Both the position numbers and the translations under genes were made by a program. Below the pieces are notes generated by a model, which made no database searches, had not been told where the DNA came from, and saw nothing but the letters and a program-made list of their open reading frames with translations. A stretch of DNA of 64,000 bases, taken from NCBI GenBank assembly GCA_965112735.1, contig OZ218950.1, positions 2,170,001-2,234,000 on the forward strand, in the 5' to 3' direction. Below, piece after piece: positions 10,101 through 21,666 of this stretch; the first letter of the stretch is position 1, and the number at the start of each line of letters is the position of its first letter. This DNA is from Phaeosaccion multiseriatum (taxonomy: Eukaryota; Protista; Ochrophyta, other classes).

Positions 10101-13100
10101 GGGCCACGGAATCTCACTGCCTCGCCTCTCTCATCGCACCCTCGCATTGCTGCCCCTATGCTCTCTCTTCATCGATCGTGTGTGTGCCCCGGTCATGTCC
10201 TACCTACCCTACCCTACCCTACCCTACCCTACCCTACCTTGCCTTACTCAACCCTGTTATGCTGTCACAGGCGGACAGCATAACGGGCATCTATGACACG
10301 CTGAAGCAGTGTGCCAGCATCAGTAAGAGCGCCGGGGGGATTGGGCTGAGCGTTACAGAAATCAGAGCCAAAGGCTCTTACATCAAGGGCACCAAGGGTG
10401 TGAGCAACGGGCTTGTGCCGATGTTGAGGGTTTTCGACGCGACGGCGAGATACGTCGACCAAGGAGGGTACGTTGGGAGAGAGGAAGGGAGGGAAGGAAG
10501 GGGAGAGAGGAAGGGGGGGAAGGAAGGACAGAGAGGAAGGGAGGGAGGGGAGGGGAGGGAGGGAGGGAGGGAGGGAGATGGTGCATAGTGAGGAGGACCT
10601 TTGATGGAATTCGATGGGAGTTGCTTAGATGTGAGAGGGCGTGGGGGGGTGGTGATGGTGATTATGGGGATGGAGAAGGAGGAGGTGGAAGAGGAGGAGG
10701 AGGAGGAGGAGGAGGAGGAGGAGGAGGAGGACGAGGAGGACGAGGAGCAGTATCAGCAGGAGCAGCAGCAGCAGCAGGAAGAGGAGGCTCCCCAACCCAC
10801 TGACTTCCTCACCCACTGACTCACACACTCACCCCCATCCTTCCTTCACACAGTGGGAAGCGTCCTGGGGCATTTGCCATCTACATTGAGCCGTGGCACG
10901 CTGACATCTTCGAGGTTTTGGATCTAAAGAAGAGCCACGGAAAGGAGGAGGCTAGGGCAAGGGACCTCTTCTATGGGTAAGTCAATGGAGGAGGGGAGGA
11001 GGGGGAAGGTTGGCAGGGTAGTAGGGATGTTTTGGATACCGGTCTGCCGGTCTGCCTGCCCGCCTTGCTTTCTTCTGACACGCCCCTCTCTGTCGTAACT
11101 GCGATGCGCCCCTCCCTCCCTCCCTCCCTCCCTCGCTCCCTCCCTTCAGGCTTTGGATTCCTGACTTGTTTATGAAACGGGTGGAGGAGAACGGCCAGTG
11201 GTCCCTCATGTGCCCCCACCAGGTGAGTTTGAGTTTGGGTTGCATCCATCTCCACGCACCCAGACCCACGAACCAAACTCACGCACCCACGACCCATCCA
11301 CCCACCCACCCACCCACCCACAGACTCACCCACAAACTCACCCACCTACCCCAGCAACCCACCCCAACCCATTGACTTACTCATGGCGCACCCATCCATC
11401 CTTTGACATGTGATGTAAACAGTGCCCCGGCTTGGCCGACTGCTGGGGGGAGGAGTTCGAGGCTCTGTATTGCAAGTACGAAAGGGAGGGGAAGGCAATG
11501 AGGTCCGTCAAGGCACAGGACCTTTGGTTTGCCATTCTCGATGCGCAGATTGAGGCCGGCAACCCCTACATGATGTACAAGGATGCGTGCAATCGCAAGA
11601 GCAATCAACAGAACTTGGGCACCATTCGCTGCTCCAATCTCTGCACGGAGATTGTGGAGTTCACCTCGCCAGATGAGGTGTGTGTATGTGTGTGTGTTTT
11701 GTGTATATGTATGCGTTTGATGCTTGCGTGTGAGGGAGGAGGACAAAGAGAGGAGTATGTGCGTGTGCGTGCGCTTCAGTCAATCTGACTTGACCGCTGC
11801 GCCTCGCCTCGCTTTCCCTCCCTTCTCCCTCCCTTCTCCCTCGCCCCCCCTCCCTTCTCCCTCCTCCCCTCCTCTCCCTCCCCTGTCAGATTGCTGTATG
11901 TAACCTCGCGAGCGTTGTGCTTCCGAAGTTCATTCGCGAAAAGACCGCCGAAGAGGAAGAGGAAGAGAAAGTCAAGGCACTAGGAGCAGCAGGGGCAGCA
12001 GGGGAGGCAACAGGGGAGGCAGGAGGGGAGGCAGGAGAAGCGGCAGAGGAAGCCACATCTTCGGCTCCCAATGTGCCGGCAATAGACAACAGCTGGACTA
12101 GGAAGGGAGGGGGGAGGGCTTCCGTGGGGGTGGAGGGACAGGAGGACGGGAGGGAGCTGACGTTCGACCACCAGAAGCTGTACGAGGTGACCAAGGTTGC
12201 GGTTCGAAACCTGAACAAGATGATTGACCTTAATCATTACCCCGTGGGAGAGGCCAAGAGCAGCAACTTGAAGCACCGGCCGCTAGGGGTGGGTGTGCAG
12301 GGCTTGGCGGATGCATTTATCAAGCTGGGGCTGCCTTTCGAGAGTGAGGGAGCCAGGCAACTCAACAGGGAAATTTTTGAAACACTTTACTTCGCTGCGT
12401 TGTCAGCGTCGACAGAGCTCGCCGAGGAGAGCGGGGCATACGCTTCCTTTGAAGGCTCCCCGCTGAGCGAGGGGAAATTCCAGTTCGATCTCTGGGGCAA
12501 GGATGGGGGGGAGGGGGCAGAAAAGGGGGTGAACCAGGCAGGGGCAGGGGCAGGAGCAGCAGCAGCAGTTGGTGATACAGCAGCAGCAGGAGCAGGGGCC
12601 TCCTCCTCCGATGAGAGGTTGTCAGGTCGGTGGGACTGGGAGGCGCTGCGAGCCAAGGTCCTTCGTAAGGGGGTGCGCAACTCTCTTTTGGTGGCCCCCA
12701 TGCCCACGGCCTCGACCGCGCAGATACTTGGTAACAACGAGTGCATCGAGCCATACACAAGCAATCTCTACGCGCGGAGGGTCAAGGCCGGGGAGTTTAT
12801 TGTAGTGAACCCTCACCTCCTCAATAGTCTGCTGAAGATGGGTCTCTGGACGCCCAAGATTAAGAACCAGCTCATCGCGGATGGGGGCTCGGTGGCCAAC
12901 CTACCGCTTCCACAGGAGATGAAGGACTTGTACAAGACGGTGTGGGAGGTGTCGCAGAGGAGCATCATCGATATGGCTGCGGACAGGGGACCCTTCATTG
13001 ATCAGAGCCAAAGCATGAACCTCTTTGTGCAAGAGCCCACGTATAGTAAGCTCTCGAGTATGCACTTCCACAGTTGGAGGAAAGGCCTCAAGACAGGTGC

Positions 13101-13553
13101 GCGTGTGTGTGTGAGTGTCTCTTGTCTCTCTCCCTCCCTCTCTCTCTCACACACACTCTCTCTCTCGCTCTCTCTGTGTGTGTACCCCACAACTAATCAG
13201 TCCACATTTAAGTCTAGTCCATTTCCAGCGACGTGTGCTGTTTCATATGCCCCTGTCAACCCTCGTCTCCCCCCTCTCTCGTCATATGGAAATTCTGAAG
13301 TTGATTCCTCCCGCCTCTCTCATCTTCTCCCCCTCCAACCACCCACCCCCTCCCTCCCTCCCTCCCTCCCTCCCTGCCTCCTTCCTTCCTACCTTCCGTC
13401 CCTTCAGGAATGTATTACCTTCGCACCCGCCCCGCTGCCTCCGCCACCCCCGTAACTCTGGACCCGGCCCTGGTGGAGGAGAGGAACAGGGCGAACACCT
13501 CTACTGGCGAGGGAGAGTCGTGCGAAATCGAATGCACGTCTTGCTCGGGCTGA
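6310..13553 (+). CDS. RRM1: Class Ia ribonucleoside-diphosphate reductase large subunit with long N-terminal extension
   Basis: Exons ~6310-7431, 8104-8295, 8525-8606, 9075-9187, 9618-9737, 10271-10467, 10854-10976, 11150-11222, 11423-11677, 11890-13096, 13408-13553. ATP cone MHVVKRDG (Met 7267), [67 protein letters not shown]-terminal CTSCSG. Confidence 0.97.
9752..10080 (+). repeat. 10-bp minisatellite (GGGGATGGYA)n in an RNR intron
   Basis: About 30 degenerate tandem units, G-rich; (CCTAC)n lies at the 3' end of the same intron. Confidence 0.9.
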
Positions 13554-13822
13554 AATACCACCAACATGCATGCAGCCAGGAAGAGTGCCCTGTGACCATA
13601 CGATAAAAGGGCTGGGAGTGGAGCTGCTCACTCCTTGCATGGGTCAAGGGCACTTCCTTCGGTGCCCCCGCCCCCCGCCCCGTCCCTCCCTGGGATTCTG
13701 GGAATGGAGCCCTTGAGGGAAGGGAGGAGGAGGCGGGATCCATGGATCCATCCCGACAGGACTGGACAGGAAGCCTATTCACCTCGCGGGGGGTAGCGAG
13801 GGGTTGCGGCGTTCGGGCCTCT

Positions 13823-14336
13823 CCCGGCGCGTGTGGCACGCGCCGGCACCACGGCCCCCACAGTATGTGGGGTGGCACCCGATGCCGCCATGGAGGTGGT
13901 AGCGGCAGCAGAAGCCGGCAGATCCACGGCGTTGATGTCCATGCTAGAGCTCCTAGGCCTGCCACCCCCACCGCCACCACCACCACCACCACTACCGCCA
14001 CCCCCACTACGACCCCCACGGCCGTGCATCGACGGCTTACTCTGGTCCATGAGCACCTGCTCAAACTCCTTCGTGCACTTCTGAGTATATGAAGGAGTTT
14101 GAACAGGTTATCATGGATCAGAGTAAGCCGTCGATGCGCGGCCGTGGGGGTCGTAGCGGGGGTGGCGGTAGTGGCCGTGGTGGTGGTGGCGGTGGGGGTG
14201 GCAGGCCTAGGAGCTCTAGCATGGACATCAACGCCGTGGATCTGCCGGCTTCTGCTGCCGCTACCACCTCCATGGCGGCATCGGGTGCCACCCCACATAC
14301 TGTGGGGGCCGTGGTGCCGGCTCTGCACGCGCCGGG
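13823..14336. repeat. Long inverted repeat / fold-back hairpin (core arms 13842-~14080 and ~14085-14321)
   Basis: Arms of ~237 bp are reverse complements with about 11 mismatches and a ~4-nt loop. An extra outer 11-bp stem CCCGGCGCGTG/CACGCGCCGGG is present. Confidence 0.97.
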
Positions 14337-14838
14337 CTCCCGCTGCTACGGGTACTCCTGCCTCCGGTGCCGCTACTACTACCACTGCTGTGCTGGTGCC
14401 GCTACTCGGTGGTGTCGGGGGGCTATGGGCGCCACGGGCAGGAGGAGGAGCAGTAATAGTACCATTGCAACAGAAGCAGCACTGCAGCAGTAGCACAGCA
14501 GCAGCAGCATCTGCAGCAGCAAGAACAGTAGCAACAGGAAGAGAGGGTCCTTGCTTCAAACCCTCTCTTGGGAAGGGTGCCGTAATAGTCTACAACGCTG
14601 AGGGAAAACACAGCCACCTCACCTCTTAGTTCTTTAGAGGATATAAGAATTAAAATACATACATACATTTACATTTCAGTCAACCTCTCCCAGGAAGAGG
14701 AGAGGATGAAAAAGGAAAGAAAAAAAAGAAGTTACGTTTCGTTGGCTTACGACTGTGTTCGAGGAGAGGAGTGGAATAAAAGCGTTAAGACGGCCTTTGA
14801 GGCAAGGGGCAGCAGTGGGAGCGGGTCACGAGGTCACA

Positions 14839-15142
14839 ATGCCGGATGAGGAGGTAGGGACGAGGAAGTCGGCGGCGAAGAAGGCCCCTGGCAGGCTGCC
14901 CAAGCTCCCTGCTGCCGTGTTCCACCATAAAGGCAACGATCCCGAGGACCGCAGACCCTCTGTGCAAGACATTGTCTGGAGGCACGAGCAAGCGAATCCC
15001 AATGTTGTCAAGGCGGAGATTCACGAGATTGATGAGGGCAAGTGCGCCAAGAAGATCAAGGGCCACTGCAAGGGTCTGTGGGTGATGCAGATCTTCGGAG
15101 GGGTCATCGCCTTGTTCACGAGTATACTGGCAGGTACGATAC

Positions 15143-15185
<43 letters not shown>

Positions 15186-15963
15186 AGCGAGCCCCTTAAA
15201 GATTGGAGTAGTACGTGCGCATGACTTGCAGGACTCTGCTGCTCTTCTGCCTCCCTGGTCGTCCAATGCCAAAGAGCAAACACGGACCCCTTTTTCGTCC
15301 CCCCCTCCCCCCCTAGCCCTCGATTCCCCACTTTCCACTGAACCACAGCGAATCCATCCATCCTCTCTCTCCCATACTGTGCTCACTCAGAGTATCGATA
15401 CGGCTCTTCCGCCTGGTACAACTCTGCCTCCGCGGGGGGAAAGCTCGCAGACATGCAGTTCGCCTGGGCCATCATTACCTTCATCTGCGGCTGCATTGGC
15501 ATCTGGGTGTACCTGTGCTGGAAGGAAGACATTAACCTCTCTCGTGGTAGGCTCATCTTCCGCCAGAAAGTCTTTTATTATTTCAGCTTTTTTGCGTGGG
15601 CATTCGGCGTATGGACCACGGCGGTGCTGTTTGCAAGCTTCAAGAACTACTCTCTGCGGCCTGGCATCTACCCCGGAGATCTGACGGGCTGCTTTCTGGT
15701 CATGGCCTGTACATTGCTCTTCCAAGATCTATGGGCACTCAGCAAACTCTGTTCGCTTGGGACGTACACTGCTAAGCTTGCTGAGGAGTGGCGCTATCAG
15801 GTGGGTGGGCAGGCGCAGGGGGAGGCAGGAGGAGGGCAGATGGCACTGGATGGAGGAGCCCCATCCGGTGGGTGGGAGAGCATAGGGACTTCTTTTTCGC
15901 TTCGTGCGTGCACATGACTTTTGTTCTAGTCCTCTTCTCGCTCACTCTTGCCTCCTCCTCCTC

Positions 15964-16039
<76 letters not shown>

Positions 16040-16047
16040 GACTACTG

Positions 16048-16088
<41 letters not shown>

Positions 16089-17468
16089 GCTACTACTCCT
16101 CCTACTCCTACTACTCCTGCTACTACTACTGCTACTCCTACTACTACTACTACCACTACTACTGCACACTACCTCAACATTCTAATCCGATCGAATCCAA
16201 TCCACTCAATCCCCTTTTTCCCTCTCTCCTCAGGCCTTCGTGGACAAGGAAGACGCTAAAGAGGAGCGAGCAGAAGAAGCGGCGAAGGAGCAACGACGAG
16301 CCTCCCAAGAGGAACGGAGGTCTCAACGGCGGGCAAGCAGGGTGGAGGAGGGGCGAGGAGGAGGAGAAGGAGGAGGGAAAGAGGGGCGGAGATCTTCTCA
16401 GGAGCGGCGCAAGTCTTCTATTCGCATAGAAGTTCCCCCTTCTCCTTCTCAAGCAGGCACCGCGCCGCCATCGACCCAGGTGAGGAGACAGGTTGAGGGG
16501 AAGGACGGTGTGAGGATGAAGGTGGAAGGTACACCAACCCCATATCCACACATATCAGACAAACCAAACAGAGATAAGAAAGCTGGCATCTCATTTCACC
16601 TCACCTCACGTCACCTCACGTCACCTCACCTCACCTCACCTCACCGTCACCTCACCGTCACCGCCACCTCACCTCACCTCACCTCACCTCACCTCACCTC
16701 ACCTCACCTCACCTCACCTCACCTCACCTCACCTCACCTCACCTCACCTCACCACACCTCACCACACCTCTCCTCACCTCACCTCACCTCATGTCTCTTC
16801 ACCTCACCCCACCCCATCTCCCCCCTCATACTCAACGTGGCAGGGCGGCTTGACACCAAGCGCCCCTCTGCTCTCCCCGCACGAGCTTGTTAATGTGGCG
16901 CTGCATCAGCAGGAGGGAGAGGAGGAGGACGTCCTAATGCCCCATGCCTTCGAGCGGCTGTGGAACGGACTGGAGAGGGTGGGCGGTTTCAGTGCGCGCA
17001 TCGCTGCTCCTGTACACCAGGATGACATTGTTGCACACCTCACCGAGAGAGGCTTCCAGGTGCGTGTGCGCGTGCGTGTGCGTGTGCGTGTGCGTGTGCG
17101 TGTGCGTGCGCGCGTATGTGTGTGTGTGGGTGTGCATGTGCGTGTGTGTGTGTGGGGGGGGGGGGGGGATGTATATGGGCATGTATTCACGCAGCTCTTG
17201 GCTCTCTCTCCCTGCCTCCCTCCTCCCCTCCTCCCCTCGTCCCCTTCAGGTGGTGGCAGCGGGGCGTCAACACCACGACGTGCTGCGTCTCCTCTTCTGC
17301 CGCAGAGAAGCAGCGGAGGACGGCTTAGGAGAATGGTTCCTCGCTGAACTCGAGGTGAACGAGCAGCGGTTGGTGTTGGAGGCAGAATTCAAAAGTAAGC
17401 GGCCACAGATGGTGCCAGATTTCGTGAAGCAGTTCAGGCTACACAATGTCTTCAACATCGTCGACTGA
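14839..17468 (+). CDS. Uncharacterised four-TM membrane protein with C-terminal beta-adaptin appendage (platform)-like domain
   Basis: Exons ~14839-15133, 15391-15800, 16234-16479, 16844-17059, 17250-17468 join in frame. Four hydrophobic helices, a charged linker, then AFERLWNGL...HLTERGFQVVAAG...WFLAELEV...EFKSKRP, resembling the beta-adaptin appendage C-terminal subdomain (recognised by eye). Confidence 0.7.
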
Positions 17469-17609
17469 TAACTGTATTTGATAAAGTCAAAAGATGAAAT
17501 AATATTGTATAAGTACGTAAACAAAAATAAACTAGTGGTGAAATGTATGGATACAGGCAGGCTTCGGCAGGCTTCTTTCCTTAGCGGTGCCACCGTTCTG
17601 CGAGCGATA

Positions 17610-17660
17610 TGCTTGACAGTGCTTGACAGATGCTTGACGAATGCTTGACAAATGCTTGAC
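17610..17660. repeat. Five phased copies of TGCTTGAC (10-11 bp period)
   Basis: Copies start at 17610, 17620, 17631, 17642 and 17653, between two convergent genes. Confidence 0.9.
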
Positions 17661-17870
17661 TCGATATCATTGCGCCCGCCCTGTAATGTAATAAGCAAAC
17701 CCTCTCCTCTCCTCTCCTCTCCTCTACTGCGCGATTGCGTGTGTGGTTGTTGTGAGTCACTAAGCTAAGCCAATGCCCACCCACTCACTCATTGCCCCCT
17801 GTTGAGAGCCCCACTAGGGGCAGCCGGCCTGCCCACCTAAGCATCGTCCCAGCGCCAAAGCCACGCCCTC

Positions 17871-20417
17871 CTAATACGCTCTCTCTCGGTCGTGGGGCTT
17901 TTCCAGCTCCGCCACAAAGTCGGGTCCCATTGGGACCTGGAATCATCGTACACACACACATACATACATACATACATACATACATACATACATACGTATG
18001 TACAAACATACATACGTATGTACAAACATCACCGTAAGGTATTTTAGGCAGGTCGAAGCATACAGCATAGAAGAGAGCCCCATAGAGAGGGGGGGGGGGG
18101 GAGGGGGAGAGGGAGACAGAGAGAGTGAGAAAGGGGTGGAGAGAGGCAGAGAGAGAGAGAGAGAGAGAAAGAGAGCGAGAGACCGAGGGGGGCAGAGAGG
18201 AAGAAAATAAGGAGGGAGAGAGAGGGGGCAGAGCGAGCAAGAAAAAGAAAGAGCTCTCACGACTTCTCTCCTTCCCCGAGAGTGACAAGTGCTTACAATG
18301 GACGCCGTGTTTAAGTGAGGATGCGAGGTGAAGTAATGGGTCTTGATCTGTGTGCAGCACATACAGGCAACAGAGGACAGGGCAGCATATCGTGTCAGTC
18401 AAGGAGTGAGTGAGAGGAAGGGAGGGGGGGAGGAAGTAAGAGAGCGAACCAATATACCAACACATTTGCCAATGAAAGAGAGAGAGAGAGAGAGAGCCTA
18501 CACGATCTGAACACAACAGCCGTCCCAGCCCCCTAGCCCCTGTCAACCTACATGATCCATTCTGCTTATCTCTGGCACGCCCTCCATCTGATACAACTCT
18601 CTGACGTAGTTCAAGAGGTTGGGGTAGCTCGCGATGCTTCTCTTGTTGCACTTGAAGTACACGATGTACACTTCGTCGAAGCGGAACAGGGTCACCCAGA
18701 GACGGATGTCCTGTTTAGGGGGGGAAGGGGGAGACAGAGAGTGGGGATAAAAGAGAAGGGGGGAGGGGGAAGAGGGGAAGCAAGGGAGAAGAGTAAGAGA
18801 AAGACAAGACGAAAGCCGCGCTGCATTCAACACAAAGAGCAAAGCACGAGACGTGCTCCATCTCATGTCGTGTCCAATTTAGAAGCTTACATAGGCTTAC
18901 GTACCGCGAGAGTGAGTTGGTCCCCTGTGAGGTACCTGGACTTGGACAGAACGTCTTCGCACTTGTCCAGGCTGTCGAACAGCTTCACCACCGCAGAATC
19001 GTACGCGGCTTGCGTGCTGGCGAAACCGCACTTGTAGACACTGTATATAGAGGAGGCAGTGGTTGAGTTTTAAAAGTCAAGGAAGGAGAGGGATAGGAGC
19101 AAGTACATGGAAGGACAGGATGGCACCCCACGGCTGCTCAGAGCTACAACAGCTCATGGCAAAGAGATGGGGTACCAAGGGGGGCTTACAGAAGTACACC
19201 ACGGACAGACACAGGAATTCAGTGTCCTTTGAGAAGGCAGCGGATGGTTTCAGTGAATGTTGTGTTGTGTGTTGCCGTGCCTCACCCGTCGTTGATGCCC
19301 GAGTATATCCATTCGTTGACTTCCTCCTGCTTGGCCTGCGTGCTCGCGGGACTCAGATCCAGCTCTGGTTTCTTGGCCACGGCGTTGAATTGCGTGTTGA
19401 GCATCTGTATATGGCACAAGGAGGGGAGGGAGGGGAGGGAGAAGGGTGAGTCAATGGGAAAGAGAAGGCGGCAGGCAGGCAAGCAGCCGTATACACGCAA
19501 GCTTAGGGGCAAGAAGGCATATGGGCAGGCAGGCAGAGCTGAAGACACAACGGTACAGTACAGCAGAGCACAACACAACACAACACAACACAACACAACA
19601 AGCAACAGCGGCCGCGAATGATCGAGTGACCGAGTGATGACTGAGTGACCGAGTGACTGCATGGCTGAGTGAGTGACTGAGTGACTGAGTGCTTGAGTGG
19701 CACGGACCTGGATGATCTCGGAGCTCTCGGTGTTGACGATGGTCTTTGTCTTCTTGTCGAACAGCACCGGCACGGTGTACTTGGCGCCCGGGGTCTCTTG
19801 GGACTCTGCAGTGGGATGTGGCGTAAGACAGGACATGGGACGGGGAACGGGCGGACGGAACAGGATCAGAGAAGGAGGCAGCAGCAGTGTAGGCGAAGCG
19901 AAGCCAGGCGAAGGGGCGGTCACAGTAAAGAGAGAGAGTATATGTTAGCCTGTGATGTGATGTGGCGTTGAGAAGGAGAGAGAAAGAGTTGCGGGGCACG
20001 GGAGAGCCTCACAGTTGATTGCATAAGCAGCTGTGCTGTGCCCTGCCTGCGGTGAGAGCATCTGTCAAAGTGGGACCGAAAAAAAAGTGGAAAGCATTGG
20101 ACCTGTTCTGCTGATCCCGTTCCTTCCGTGTGCGCCCCCCCCCCCTTCTGTATCCCATTCTGTCCATCTGTCGGTCGGTTCGTGCCCGTCCGTCTCTCTC
20201 TCACCGAAAATGTCCCGGATGGTTTTGAAGTCGAAGCCCTCGGGAGGAGGCACACACCCGCTGACTTGGACGGAGCCGCGGCCGCTGGGAGGTACGACTG
20301 CGTCGCTATCACTCTTGAAGCCCCATCCTGTCGACCCGCCACAAGAGGGGGTGGGGGAGGAGTGGAAGGCGGGAAGGGGTAGACACAATGTTTCGTTACT
20401 CTCTCTTGAGAAGGGTC

Positions 20418-20455
<38 letters not shown>

Positions 20456-21339
20456 GGAGGTGGCAGTGCGGCGTGGCCTGTTGTGTGCCAGCTCCTGCAC
20501 TATCGAGTTGGGCGGCAGGGAGAAACATGCGACGACTGTGGCTAAAGAGAAGGGGGAAGGAAGTGAGTGACTAAAGAGTGAGCGAGTGAGTGGGTGAGAA
20601 GGGTGAGGGGGTGAAGGGGGGAGGGATGGACGGACGGACGGGAGATGGTAAGTGGGCGGATGGCGGAGGGACCGCAGATGGTGAGCGATGATTGAGTGAG
20701 TGAGCGACTGGGGGGGAGAAGAAGGGGTGGAAAAGTGGGTGAAAGAGTATATGAATGTGGAAGCAAAGACGAACGCCTTGTGGAAGGGAAAGCTAGAAAA
20801 GACGGGCCCCGAGCTTCTCACCGCAGTGCGTGTCGTTCTCGTCGTCGGGCTTGCTCCTCATCCAGGTGGGGTGCGTCACGGAGACGCCAATGACATCCTC
20901 CAGGCCCTTCAAAGCGCGTACCACCAGTGTTCGATGCGCCCAAGGGCAGGCGTACGACACAAAGAGGTGGTACCGCCCCGCCTCGCAAGGGAACTTGGCT
21001 CCTTCCTCCGAGGACACCCATTCTCGAAAGGTCGACGCCGTCCTAAGCAACGAGGGAGGACATGGTATTACCGTAGGAAAAGGAAATTAAAATCGATTGT
21101 TCTTGCTCGGCATGCTCGGCATTTTTCTTTTTCTTTATCTGTGTAGGTACCTACCTCACGAAGGCTCCGTCCTTCATCTCCTCTAGCGCGCTCCTTGCTA
21201 CCGGCATGGTCACTACCGAGCTTCTGCTTCTACTACCAAGACTGACACGGGCAAGTCTTGCTGGCGCTGTGTGCAATAATGAGAATGCAGTAGGGTATGT
21301 AAGCGCGAGAGAGAGTATTGCAGAGCGAGCTAAGCGCAT
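17871..21339 (-). CDS. Glutathionyl-hydroquinone reductase (Xi-class/ECM4/YqjG-like GST) with probable plastid leader
   Basis: About 9 exons. [102 protein letters not shown]-terminus [21 protein letters not shown] is signal-like and followed by an S/R-rich transit peptide. Confidence 0.93.
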
Positions 21340-21481
21340 GGATCCTTCACACCTGTTGTGTGCGCTTCTCCTTTACTCTGAAAAGCAGCTGTAGCTCTCC
21401 TCTGGGACAAAGGGGTGTAAGGCGGGTGTTTTACAGAGAAGATTTGCACTTCTCGGACGTAGACAAAAAGTTTCAGTCTGA

Positions 21482-21504
21482 AAAAATCGACCCCATCGAT
21501 TTTT
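21482..21504. promoter_or_regulatory. Short inverted repeat AAAATCGA-N5-TCGATTTT in a divergent promoter
   Basis: Perfect 8-bp dyad between the divergently transcribed GST and SBNO genes; function inferred only. Confidence 0.3.
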
Positions 21505-21666
21505 ACATGGACTGCCACACTTTTTCAAAAGGTGGGCGCCACAGTGAAGAGAACGAAACAAAAAGAAAGGAGGAGGGCGGTACCGCCGTTTAGAGGAGGA
21601 GAGGGGCTACAGGAAACGATAGCAGAGCGTAGCGGCAATAACGCGGGGGGCGGAAAGCGTTTAGTT

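Noticed and set aside
11940-12615. Two insertions in RNR exon 10 as inteins
   Set aside because: They are short Ala/Gly/Glu low-complexity loops with no Cys/Ser...His-Asn splice motifs.
13578-13657. Hairpin just after the RNR TGA as a SECIS element
   Set aside because: TGAC pairs Watson-Crick with GTCA, so there is no tandem G.A quartet, and CxxCSG-stop is the normal R1 terminus.
13501-14629. ORFs of 134-352 aa over the inverted repeat as real genes
   Set aside because: They are mirror-image ORFs produced by the GC-rich palindrome, with no room for promoters and no recognisable domain.
15960-16165. Poly-Tyr/Thr/Leu ORFs
   Set aside because: (CTA)n microsatellite inside an intron. The same applies to the many His-Thr, Leu-Ser and Pro-Ser ORFs in the track.
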